Shown: one piece after another, positions 1 through 10,743 of the stretch
Layout of the letters: every line of letters begins with the position of its first letter
How positions within the stretch are numbered: the stretch's first letter is position 1
DNA from: Azolla caroliniana
Lineage: Eukaryota; Plantae; Polypodiophyta
Direction: 5' to 3'
NCBI GenBank assembly: GCA_043228905.1
Contig: JBHGNT010000012.1
Location: 13,082,001-13,146,000 of the forward strand
DNA: 64,000 bases
Notes under the pieces: model-generated
The model's input: the letters and a program-made list of their open reading frames with translations, nothing else
Databases searched by the model: none
Told to the model about the DNA's origin: nothing
Program-made: the position numbers and the translations under genes

Positions 1-214
1 TTAGCCCCACGGTTTTGTGGACCTTTTACAGTCCTAAAACGCATTGGGTCATCAGCCTATCGTCTCGCTCTTCCCGATGGTGTCGGAATTAATCCAGTCT
101 TTCATGTGAGTCATCTAAAAGAACTTCTAGGTTCTAGCGACAACATAGTTACAATTGAAACTCTGGTTACTTCTGAAGATTTATCTTCGAAACCACATGT
201 ACCAGAAAGAATTC
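1..214 (+). mobile_element. Gypsy family A integrase C-terminal fragment
   Basis: Near-identical to 56767-56980 (LAPRFCGPF..RIGSSAYRL..PVFHVSHLK). Joins the albumin-like repeat through a shared 'attc'. Confidence 0.9.
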
Positions 215-846
215 GCCACTTTTAAAGAACGTACACAACTTTTTCAACTATACACTTTCTGAACATCGTAAATGGTGTGCTCTGTGGTGTCTTGACATTC
301 TCATAACCCTCTCAATCATATTTCTCCCATGCTCGCGCACAACACACACGCACGAACACACACACGATCAGGTCGCGTGCCCTCGCTCGCTCATTGCACA
401 AGCAAAATGAAACTCCACGCGCACGGTTTCTCACACACACATGCCCACAGGATCAGTACCCACTCCTACCCTACCTATATCTATCTCTATCCATCTATCG
501 CTATCTCTCTCACGAGCAACGCGAAACTCGTCAAATGTCGATGCCATCACAATGTTGTATTGAAGCCACCCTCATACAATGTCATGTCTCGCCATACCAT
601 GATGTGCGCAACAATAGTGCCTGATAGTAATTCCTACTACAAACATGATTCCACATGACATTCCCATGTCTATCTACCATTTTCATCATCGTGTGCACCA
701 GCCCACGCATGTTTCACCTAGAAATGTTGACCTTGAATGGTGCCACCTTCATATTACTCAAGTGTTGCAGCGTCCACAACGACGGCGGATCTTGTAATCA
801 CAATGAAAACGCATGTCGTCGTCCGTATGTTGGTCGCAATCGATTC
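211..846 (+). repeat. Fragment of the 2S-albumin-like tandem unit (last codons plus 3' spacer)
   Basis: Colinear and highly similar to 8466-9096 and 19421-20024. Confidence 0.9.
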
Positions 847-1197
847 AAATGCATCTGTTGGATAACGTGCGGGATGCATTTGAATCACCAACCGTACTTG
901 ATTCAAAAAACCTCGAAAATGCGCCCTCGACCCATCAAATTTAGCTGGGAGGCTAATTTTGGGCTCCTTGATAAGTCCCTGACCTTTAACCCTTTGTTGT
1001 TGTAACACGATGATTGTCGACTCTAACTGTTGCACTCGTCGCGTGAACTCCTCTTGTTGTTGTTGCTTCTCTATAGTAACCTTTTGTAGATCCCCAAGTA
1101 GACGTTGATTCTCTACTTCAAGAGATGCGAACTTGGATTTAAGGTTCTCCATTTCTGCATCAAGGGTGAGATATTCTTCTGAGTTAATGGCAACCAT
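843..1197 (-). pseudogene. gag: Truncated Gag of a Tf1/Tcn1-like Gypsy element
   Basis: MVAINSEE..coiled coil..EPKISLPAKFDGSRAHFRGFLNQVRLVIQMHPARYPTD, a capsid N-terminus typical of Ty3/sushi-type Gag. Confidence 0.8.
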
Positions 1198-1259
1198 GGT
1201 TTCAGGCTGGTTACAAAGGAGGATAAGAGAGAGAGAGAGAGAGAGAATTCGAATCAAAC

Positions 1260-1687
1260 TTTCAGAACCAAGGATAAAAGATAGAGTGATGGAAGAAGGA
1301 TATTAGAGAACCAAATACTAAGAGAAGAACGGATGTATAAGATAGAGAAAGAAAGAGAATGGATACAAGATATGTAATGAGAGCTAAAGACTGGTGTTGA
1401 TTCGAATTGATTTGAGAATACATGGATGCGCTTATTTATAGGTTCCTATAGAATAGCTTAGAGATTTCTAGAATGTTCTAGAATGTTCTAGACCTAGAAT
1501 GCTCTAGGACATTCTAGAACATTCTAGAATAATCTAGAGTTTTTACAATAATCAATGTAATATAAGAAGTAGCTTTTATTATTTCATATAACAATAAGCT
1601 ATCTTAATGGTTGAGGTTTTCAAGTATGGATTACAAGGTTCGAGGTTCAAGTCCGAGTGACGCCATAATGGTCATGTGTTCATGACA
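1260..1687 (-). mobile_element. 5' LTR of a putative self-priming Gypsy element
   Basis: Starts TGTCATG at 1687; TATAAATA at 1440-1433; internal ttctagaatg repeats; adjacent 12-nt PBS (1246-1257) is complementary to LTR 1397-1408. Confidence 0.75.
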
Positions 1688-1711
1688 CTCGGACGGTTGC
1701 CAATTCCTCTT

Positions 1712-4083
1712 TTAAGCATTGACCTCGGCCTGAAGCTTCTTTGCGAGTAGTTCATAGGTGGCTTGAGTGTTCTTTGTGTCCGCGGTTACGAGCTGGATAG
1801 ACTGCTCGTAATGCTTGGTGAGCTCTTCGGTAGCTTTCTCCCATTCTTTTTGACACGCGGCCCAGACTTGTTCCCGTTCGACGATTCTCTCTTCTTGGAG
1901 GGTGAAGTAGGAATCAGATAATTCGTCTTTTTGCTCCGAAAGTAGCTTGCATTTGATGAAAAACTCGTCAGCCATTTCTTTAAGGGTCGTACGTTGACTG
2001 TGCAGCTCGGCATTCTCCGCGATCATTCTCTCCTCCCGTTGGCGATTTCTTTCCTCTTGCCGGTGGTTCCAGTCTTTCGCATTGTCGAGCGCGGCCTGTA
2101 GGTCTAGGACCTCCTTCTCTTTCTCTGCCACTGTGGCCGCGTATTCCTCCAGCTTGCTTTTGAGTTATGCTTCTTTGCCCGCGGCTTGCGCTTGTACCTG
2201 GCCCAATGGTTCGTTCTGCTCGTGTATCCTTTGGTCGGCCTGGGCTCTAATCTCAGCCATCTGTTTGGAAGCTTTTTCTTTTAAGCGAGCCATGGCCTCT
2301 TGATGTCGTTGTTCGTGTCTCTCGGTCTGCCGTTGTTCTTCTTTAAGCTCCGCTCGGTAATCCCAGAGCGGGGGTTCTGTCTGGGTTGCCACCTCCTTGG
2401 GTGGACAAGGGGGTGGTATCTCGGTTTTCTCCATGGGCGTGGCCGCCTCGGTTGTTGTGCAGACATCGACCATTTGTAACGAGTCCGTTAGTGTGCTGGC
2501 CTGGATCGTCAGGATTGAATCCGTGACGGTGCTTTCATCTATCATTGTTATGCGTGGAGGGGCTGGGAGGGCCTCAGTGGTCGTGGCCGGAAGGCTCAAT
2601 ACTTGTTGTTCTGGCCGGTTTTGCTCCAAGGCTGCTAGTTTCCGTTTCGCAGCGTGCCATAATTCCGTAGCCACCTTAGCCTGTTTTTGGGCTGTTTTTA
2701 TCTTTCGGGCCATGTCTTTGGTTGCCCGCGTAGTGCGATCCAGGTCCCTATATGCCTCGATAAGGGCCGTGTTCAACTCGGGGACCTCCATGAGGAGAGT
2801 GGCCTGTTTTGCCTGCTTCTTCCTCCCTATTTTTTGTAAATCCATGTCGTCCTTGGGCTCAATTTCACCTTATAGCGCGCGTTGAATCATTTTTGTTTCG
2901 GCGTGCTCTTTCGCCATTTGAGCGGCTGCCGCGACTTGGGCTCTGGTGAGGAAATTGACCAGCTCGAATGTCGTACCGAGGCGTAGGAGCGCACTAAATT
3001 CGTATGCCTCCGCGGGGAGGTCTTTATAACCGAGGACTTCATCCTCCGAGATCTGCGTTGTCTGCCCATGCTCGATCTTTCCCTGGTTCAGCGATGCCTC
3101 CTCAAGGATGATGGCCAGGTTGCTCTGGCTGTCAACTAAGGCTTGCTCCTGTTGTGGCTCTTTCTGTTCTGTCGAGGACTCGTGGTTGAGTGGTCTTTTC
3201 TTCCTCGGTTGGGTTTGGGGTTCTGGGGCCGGTGGTGTCGTTTCCTCCGCCTACTTCCTTTTCTAGGGTCGTGGTGGTGCTGCCTGCTGTGTGTTAGGGC
3301 GTGGGCTGGGCTCTAGGGGAGTTACCGAGGGACGCGGTGTTGGCTGTCGAATGGTGACATCGTCTGCCGTGTTGTCCTCAGTGGCTATCTCCTCCTCCCA
3401 TTCTTGGCAGGTCTCGAAAACTACCCTTTTTTGTTGGGGTTGGGTGGGTGGTGGTGCGGATGTGGGGTTTTGGTCAGCGGCAGGAGGTGAAGGCGGTGGG
3501 GGCTCCTCCCATGCTTCGTGGCTGATGGCAACCAATTTCTCTCTCTGCCTTCGTGGTGGTGGTGGGGACGTGAGTGTCCGAGGGGAAGGAAGAGAAGAGG
3601 GTGGGTATAGAACCATCAAAAAGTGGGTAAGAACAAACAACATCTTCTTACCTGACTGGAATGAGGCTAAGGCGGCGCAGAGTCCTTCGCCTGTGATGAT
3701 TCCCCAATCGACTCTGTTTCCTTCATACGCGCTGATGATGATGGCTGCCTTGTTCTGCGGCATGCTTGTCGGGTTCGTATGCACGAACGCATACTCCATC
3801 AATATACGAGCAATCTCCCTGAAAGCTCTATTGGGACCGCCATACGTGCGATATGCCTTCCCTGAGGCTGAGTACTCACCGAAGTACTCTTTCAGCTTTG
3901 ATGCTGGCCCCATTGCAGGTCCAAAGCAGCCCGAAGCACGTTGTTGGTGATGGCTTCGGGACAAATACGTCTAGCCACTCCTTGGGCATCCAGGTGCGCG
4001 GGGGCATCGATGATCTTCAGGTAACCGCCCATTCCTCGTTCCTGGAGCCAGGCGCGAGTTTCTGTTGAAGCGGTAAGAGGCAT
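1712..4083 (-). pseudogene. Extra 3' ORF (env-position) of the Athila-like element: globular domain, Pro-rich linker, coiled coil
   Basis: ORF pieces 3892-4083, 3263-3964, 2165-2845, 1712-2131 lie on the pol strand, downstream of IN. Confidence 0.65.
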
Positions 4084-4599
4084 GGTGGAGATGGAGACGG
4101 GGTTTGACTGTGTGGAAGAGTGAGGAAGAGTGATGAGGCGAGGGCAAGATAGAGGAGGAATAGCAGGAAGGGGAACCTCGGTAGAGGGGCTATGAGAGCG
4201 AAAGAGGGCTTGAGAGCAAGAGCGTTTAGAGCGATGAGAGCGAGAAGGGGCTTCTGAGCTTGAGAACGATGGAGGTTGGAAGCAATAATGAACTTCTGTG
4301 TATGTGCTGTGTTTTGGAAACGGTTTTAGTAACTTACTCCTAGGGTTTTGTGCCTGAAGCGAATCCTGAAGATTCTGAGTCGTGGGTGCCATAATAAGTG
4401 ACTAGCGCCATGTGTCCTGAAGGTGCGTGGGGTGCTTCGAGTGCTTTGCATGTGCTTAAATAGGTACTAAATGAGAGGTGGCTAGGGGTGCTCCTAAATT
4501 GTGGGTGCCTAGGTGGGTGGTGTAAGTGTAGCTAATCGGCGGCTAAATTATGGTTAATCCTACCTACTTTATTAATTTCAAAAAAGTGGATGAGTCCTT

Positions 4600-7500
4600 A
4601 TTAAGGGGGACACGTGGCCTCCTCTGTGGTGGTCTCCGGAAACTCGTTTGTGCCGTGTGGCTCGGTAAACGGGTTGGGTGGTGTAGTGCCTCAATATGGT
4701 CGAAGTCGGAAACCATTGGCCCAGCTTTTGACAGTGTCGCCGGCGAGTGTGCCGAGCTGGAACGTCCCGTTGAACTCGTCGATAATCCAGAATGGACCGG
4801 TCCATCAAAATCTTAATTTACCCGGCATTGACCCGAGTCGTGTTTGAAAAAGAAGAACCGGTTTGCCGATGGTGAGCTCCTTCTCCAACCCGTTTCGATG
4901 ATGATCCACGAAAGCCTTGCGTTGTCGTTGGCGTTGTTCGAGCTGGGCCATACTCTCTATCCTATCTTCGCCGAGTTCGAGGAGTTGTTCCAGCTGGTAT
5001 TGCTCGGATTTGGCCTCGGAGAGCCGTGCTTTGACTTGAACTCGGAGGCTCGGCACTTGGAAATCGACGGGCATTACGGCTTCTAACCCGAATGCCATTC
5101 GAAAGGGGGTTGATTGGATGCTTGTTTTGAAAGTCGTACGATACGCCCACAGCGCGCTTTGGAGTTTGTCATCCCAATCGGTCTTGTTTTCATTGACGAT
5201 CTTCTTCAGTATGGTTTGGAGGATTTTATTGGTCGATTCCACCAAGCCGTTCGTCTACGGGTAGTATGGTGTGCTTTTCTTGTGCACCACCGCGTAGTGG
5301 TGTGTAAGCTCACGTATTATATGATTGATGAAGTGCCCACCTTGGTCACTAACGAGCTCAATTGGGCATCCATAACGGCACCAAAGATGTTCGTACACGA
5401 ATTTAGCCGTGGATGCCGCCGTGTTGTCTCGGAGTGCCTTAGCCTCGACCCATTTGGTGCAGTAGTCCGTGGCAACGATAATATACCTATTCCCTGTACG
5501 GGTCGCTAGTGGCTTGAAAGGGCCTACAAAATCCAAACCCCATTTTTGAAATGGGTCCAACGAAAGAATCGGCTGGTGTGGCATGCGTGACTATTCCATT
5601 GGTTGCCCCAATCGTTGGCACAAATCGCACTGCCGGCAAAACTCGTGAGCGTCTCCCTTCGTTGTCGGCCACCATAATCCGCTTTGCCAAACCTTCCTTG
5701 CCGTGGAATCCCCGGCGTAGTGCCCCCCAGCTACTGCCTGGTGGGCCTCCTGAAGAACGACGTTCTTCTCGAATTGCCGAATCGCTTGGCGCCATATGCC
5801 GTCCGAGCCTTTGTGGTAGAGAATGTCCGAGACGAGGCAAAAATTCCGGCGATGCACTGTTAGGCGTTTTCTCGTGTCAAGGGGTATGTGCTCGGGAGGT
5901 AAACCGGTAGTGAGAAAATGGGTCATCTCCGTGATCCATTCATCTTCGTTATCATCTGGCATCGTGGTCAGGTTAAATAGGCTGGCGTCCGGTAGCTCGT
6001 CGTACGTTGTTTTCGCCGGTTCCCCTGACTCAAGACGGCTCAAGTAGTCGGCGACGGCGTGTTGTACCCCGGGTCGATGCTGAATCTGGAAATCAAACTC
6101 TTGGAGTAGGAGCATCCACCGAGCCAACCGTCCGGTGAGGGCTTGTTTATTGACCAAATAAAGAAGGGCCGAGTGATCCACGTGAAAGGTAAACTTCCGG
6201 GCCAAGAGGTAATGCTAGAATTTATTGATGCTATAAATCATACCGAGGGCCTCCCGCTCGGTGGTGGAGTAATTCTTTTCCGCAGTCGAGAGCCATCGGT
6301 TGGCGTAGTACACGGGCCTATACCAATTCGGGGGTGTGCATTGCATCAGGGTACTTCCGATGGCGATGTCTGAAGCATCTACGAAGACATGAAACGGTTC
6401 GGACCAAACCGGAGGCTGGACCACCGGGGCATGTGAGAGCATTAGTTTCAGGGTCTGATAGGCCGTGTCCTCGATTGACTGCCGCGTGTAAAGGTGTCGC
6501 GAAATCGGCTAGGTGTCGTATCATTCGGCTGTGCCACCGGATCTGTCCCAAAAATCGGCTTAGTGCCTTTGTGTTCGAGGGTGCAGAGGCGGTTAGGATG
6601 GCCTTTACTTTATCCGGGTCCATAGCGATGTCTTCTTGACTGACAATGTGGCCGCTGGTGACTAAGAACGCTCATTTCGCCAGGTTTAAGCTCAATCGAG
6701 CTTGGCGACATTGGTCCAAGCAGAGTCATAATTGGGTCATGTGTTCCCGTTGATGGCCATACACGGCGAAATAGTCGAGAAAGACTTGCATGAACGCCGG
6801 GATGTAGTCATGAAAGATTTCGGTGATGATGCGCTGGAACGTAGCCGGCGTCGTTTTTAGACCGAACATCATTACTTCTGCCAAAAAAACACCCCATTCC
6901 GTGACGAAAGAGGTTTTCTCTTGATCCTCCGGGTGCATTCTTATCTGGTTATAGCTGCTGAACCCATTGAGGAAACTGTAGCATTCGTGGCCGGCTACCG
7001 TGTTGAGGACGTTGTCCGTGAAGGGGAGAGGGAAACCGTCGGTGACTATTGCCGCATTAAGCTTCCGATAGTCGACGCAGACGTGGATTTTTCCGTTCTT
7101 CTTTGGGACTACTACGATCGGGCTCAACCACGTGGCCCGTTTAACAGGGCGAATGTAGCCCACTTGGAGTAGTTTGTCGATTTCCTCTTTGACTTTAGCG
7201 GCGTAGTTGGGGTTCATCCTGTAGCGCCTCTGCTGAACCGGCCGAGTGTCGGGTAAGAGGTGGATTTGGTGTTGGTAGTATTGAGGATCCAGCCCCTTCA
7301 TATCGGTGTAAGACCAAGTGAAAACATCTTGGTAGTCGGTGAGCAATCGTACGAGGGATGCCCGTTCTCCGGTTGGTAGATTATTGGTAATTTGTAACGT
7401 ACGGGGATTCTCATCTGAGCCGAGGTTTATTGTTTCCAGGGTTGATGCTTTGACTCGTTGTGAAATGGCGAGTTCACGTTCGAAAGCATCCCGAGCATGG

Positions 7501-8285
7501 CGTAGCTCGACAACTGTGGTTGGATCTGGTTCATCTTGGGGTGGTGATTCCTCCGTCACTTCCTCGTCTTTAGGTTGCTCGATGGTTGGTATGGCACTGA
7601 TTTCGAGGAGAGGGATGATCGTGGGAGGATCATCTAGGAATACATCAACCTCCTCATCGGCCAAACCGTCAAGCATATGGACCCCTTCCGCGTATAATGG
7701 CGAAGTGTTGAGGGCCACGGGGACTCGTTCTTCAGTGATGATTCAGACTTTTGTCTTGCCTCTTCGGAACGAGATCATGTTGCGTTGCCAATGTTGCTTG
7801 ATATTCGTTGTACGCAACCATGGTCGATCTAGTAACATTGGGTAGGCGCCTTGTGTCTCCAGTCTTAGCACAACAGCCGAGATCGTGAACATGTGGCCTC
7901 CGAGTGTGAAGTCGAGATGGCGGATTAAACCAATGGGGCGAACGGAGCGAGTGTCGGCCATCCGAAGCCAAAAGGGGCATGGTTCCCATTGATTCAGGCC
8001 GAGGTTGTGACACGTTGACTCTCTAATAACGTTTACGGCGGATCCGCCGTCAATGATGCATCCATGCAGGTCTTGTCCCTTAATGATGATTCACACGGCT
8101 GGGTTTTGAGAATCCATGAGTGGTGGACCTGTGCCTGCTTCGGTGAGGTGTACCGGTGGCGTCACGGGCTTCGTATTGGCCTGGAGTGCCGCCAGGGTGT
8201 CCCGAAATCTCGGCATGAGTGGTAACAGTTTATGAAGGGGCAGCGAGATGCGGGAGTTTGTAAGAACATCCCATAGTTGGTCGTC
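4600..8285 (-). pseudogene. pol: pol pseudogene PR-RT-RH-IN
   Basis: ORF pieces 7743-7961, 6726-7718, 6215-6623, 5591-6205, 5255-5584, 4805-5245, broken by stops and frameshifts. Confidence 0.9.
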
Positions 8286-8480
8286 GAGGATGCCGAGCGA
8301 GAGAGACATAGTAGCGAGCGCGAGGAGAACGAACGCCGTTATCGCATGACGGGACGACAAGATGAGGAACAACGTCGTCGTTTCAAGGCCGGTGACGAGG
8401 AACAATTTCTAAGCGTGGCAACCTCTCGCCTTCTCCAACAACGTGATCTTCGCCCACGCGCTTGTATTCGCCACTTTTAA
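8285..8480 (+). pseudogene. 3' end of a 2S-albumin-like gene copy
   Basis: EDAERERHS..EEQFLSVATSRLLQQRDLRPRACIRHF*, paralogous to 10449-10643. Confidence 0.75.
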
Positions 8481-9475
8481 AGAACGTACATAACTTTTTC
8501 AACTATACACTTTCTGAACATCGTAAATGTAAATGGTGTGCTCTGTGGTGTCTTGGCGTTCTCATAACCCTCTCAATCATATTTCTCCCACGCTCGTGCA
8601 CAACACGCACGGACGCACGATCAGGTCGCGTGCCCTCGCTCGCTCATTGCACATGCAAAATGAAACTCCACGCACACATGATTAGGTAACGTGCCCACAC
8701 GCACCTTACCCACTCCCACCCTACCTATATCTATCTCTATCCTTCTATTGCTATCTCTCTCACGAGCAACGCGAAACTCGTCAAATGTCGATGCCATCAC
8801 AATGTTGTATTGAAGCCACCCTCATACAATGTCGTGTCTCACCGTACGATGATGTGCGCAATAGTAGTGGCTGATCGTAACTCCTACTACAAACATGATT
8901 CCACATGACATTCCCATGTCTATCTCCCATTTTAATCATCGTGTGAACCAGCCCACCCATGTTTCACCTAGAAATGGTGTCCTTGAATGGTGCCACCTTC
9001 ATATTCCTCGGGTATTGTAGCGTCCACAACGACGACGGATCTTGTAATCACAATGAAAACGCGTGTCGTCGTCCGTATGTTGGTCGCAATGGATTCTAAA
9101 CTCCCTCGTGGCCACAACCACCAAAAACGTATTCGTGGAGAGAACCAACACCCTCAAAACCTTTTCTCACCACCTTATCCTCGTTTTACGAGGCCCATAC
9201 GCACTCTACAACCTCAATGGCATCACATGTGTAGGTGGCTATCATGAGGTTACATACTGTCTACGTTGCAATATGGACGAAGCGTCCATAGGTTAGTAGA
9301 TTTGAAATGCCCAAGCGGATAATCCCACTCTTGTTGTGATGGAGGTGAGTATAGGGCTAATGATATGGTAGGTCGAAGCAGGAGGATCCTGGACATGTAA
9401 AGGGGGGTGGTGAAAAGTGAATGGTCTCTTCCGCGGCCCAAGTATGGATCATGCCATTAACGTCTATAGGAATGG

Positions 9476-9526
9476 ACGTGGGAAGGGACATGCATGTACT
9501 AGACATGCATGGCCTTGTGTATATAA
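9476..9526 (+). promoter_or_regulatory. Promoter: ACGTGG (9476-9481), RY boxes CATGCATG (9489-9496, 9504-9511), TATATAA (9520-9526)
   Basis: Motifs read directly, just upstream of the signal-peptide ORF, and identical in the second copy. Confidence 0.75.
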
Positions 9527-9591
9527 GGGTGGAGCAACCATGACACACTCAAATAGGCGTAGAGAGAACCGGGGTAGTTATCATATTCCTC

Positions 9592-10643
9592 ATGGCGGTT
9601 ATCATGCTAGCCGCCTGCGGCGCGGCCAATGCTAGATCTGTAGGACGGGATCGCGAAGAGGAGAGGCGCGATCAACCAAGAGAGGGAGACATTGACGAGG
9701 AGAGACGCGATCGACGTAGGGAGGAGGATGTCGACGAGAAGAGGCGCAACGGATGTCGTGAGGGATCCATCGATGAGAGGCGCTACAGAGACAACAAGAG
9801 AGAGTCGGATGAGGACCGGGATCGTCGCAGTTGCGATCGCGATGAGCCACGTGAGGAGAGGCGCGATCGACGCAGGGAGGTGGATCTCGATGAGGAGACG
9901 CGCGGGGGACGTCGCGAGGGGTCCATCGAGGAGGGCCGCTATGGAGACAACAAGAGAGAATCCGAAGAGAGGAATGGGATCGTCGCGGTCGCGATTGTGA
10001 TGAGTCACGTGACGAGAGGCGCGATCGACGTAGGGAGGAGGATGTCGAGCAGGAGAGTCACGACCAACGTCGTGAAGGATCCCTCGATCAAGGATGTCGC
10101 AGAGACAACCGGAGAGAGTCCGAAGAGGAACAGGATCGTCGCGGCCGCGATCGCGATGAGCCACGAGACCGAGAGTTGAGGCAAGAGTGCCAAAACTTCG
10201 TTGATAGGCAGGTCCGCCACCTACAAGAACATAATGAGAAGGAAGAACGTGGAGGAATCCGTCACACCTCTTGGGATGAAATCAGTCGATATGCAAGGCC
10301 CTCCGAAAGATGCTGCAGGAACGTGGAACAAATGCCTGTAGAAGAGCGTTGCAACCGCATCCGCGAGGCCTTATACATTAGCGGAGAAGAGGCACGCAAT
10401 GATGGTCACTTCCATAGCCAAGTGTCCAGGGAACGTCGTCAATGGGAAGAGGATGCCGAGTAAGAGAGAGACAATAGCGAGCGCAAGGAGGACGAGCGCC
10501 GTTATCACATGACCGGACGACAAGATGAGCAACAACGTTGTCGTTTCAAGGCCGGTGAGGAGGAACAACTTCTAAGCGTGGCAACCTCTTGCCTTCTCCA
10601 ACAATGTGATCTTCGCCCACGCGCTTGTATTTGCCACTTTTAA
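9592..10643 (+). pseudogene. 2S-albumin/prolamin-superfamily storage protein-like pseudogene (full length, intronless)
   Basis: Hydrophobic leader, three ~52-aa R/E/D repeats, then RQECQNFV..SERCCRNVEQMPVEERCNRIREAL..LLQQCDLRPRAC. Disabled by a 2-bp insertion at ~9970 and TAA at 10461. Confidence 0.75.
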
Positions 10644-10743
10644 AGAATGAACATAACTTTTTCAACTATACACTTTCTAAACATCGTAAATGGTGTGCTC
10701 TGTGGTGTCTTGACGTTCTCATAACCCTCTCAATTATATTTCT

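Larger units (their letters stand above)
1688..8285 (-). mobile_element. Decayed non-chromovirus Gypsy element (Athila-like), LTRs not present
   Basis: PR (IIDGGS ~8050), RT 6726-7718 (WLSPIVVVPKK, CVDYRKLN, MMFGLK, FLDY), RNase H (FVDASD), IN (GHY..CDLC, KWGLDFVGP, TKWVEA), followed by an extra ORF. Confidence 0.9.

Noticed and set aside
9592-10179. RD/RE-rich ORF as an SR-like or U1-70K splicing factor
   Set aside because: No RRM; it has a hydrophobic leader and continues, after a frameshift, into a Cys-patterned albumin-like domain.
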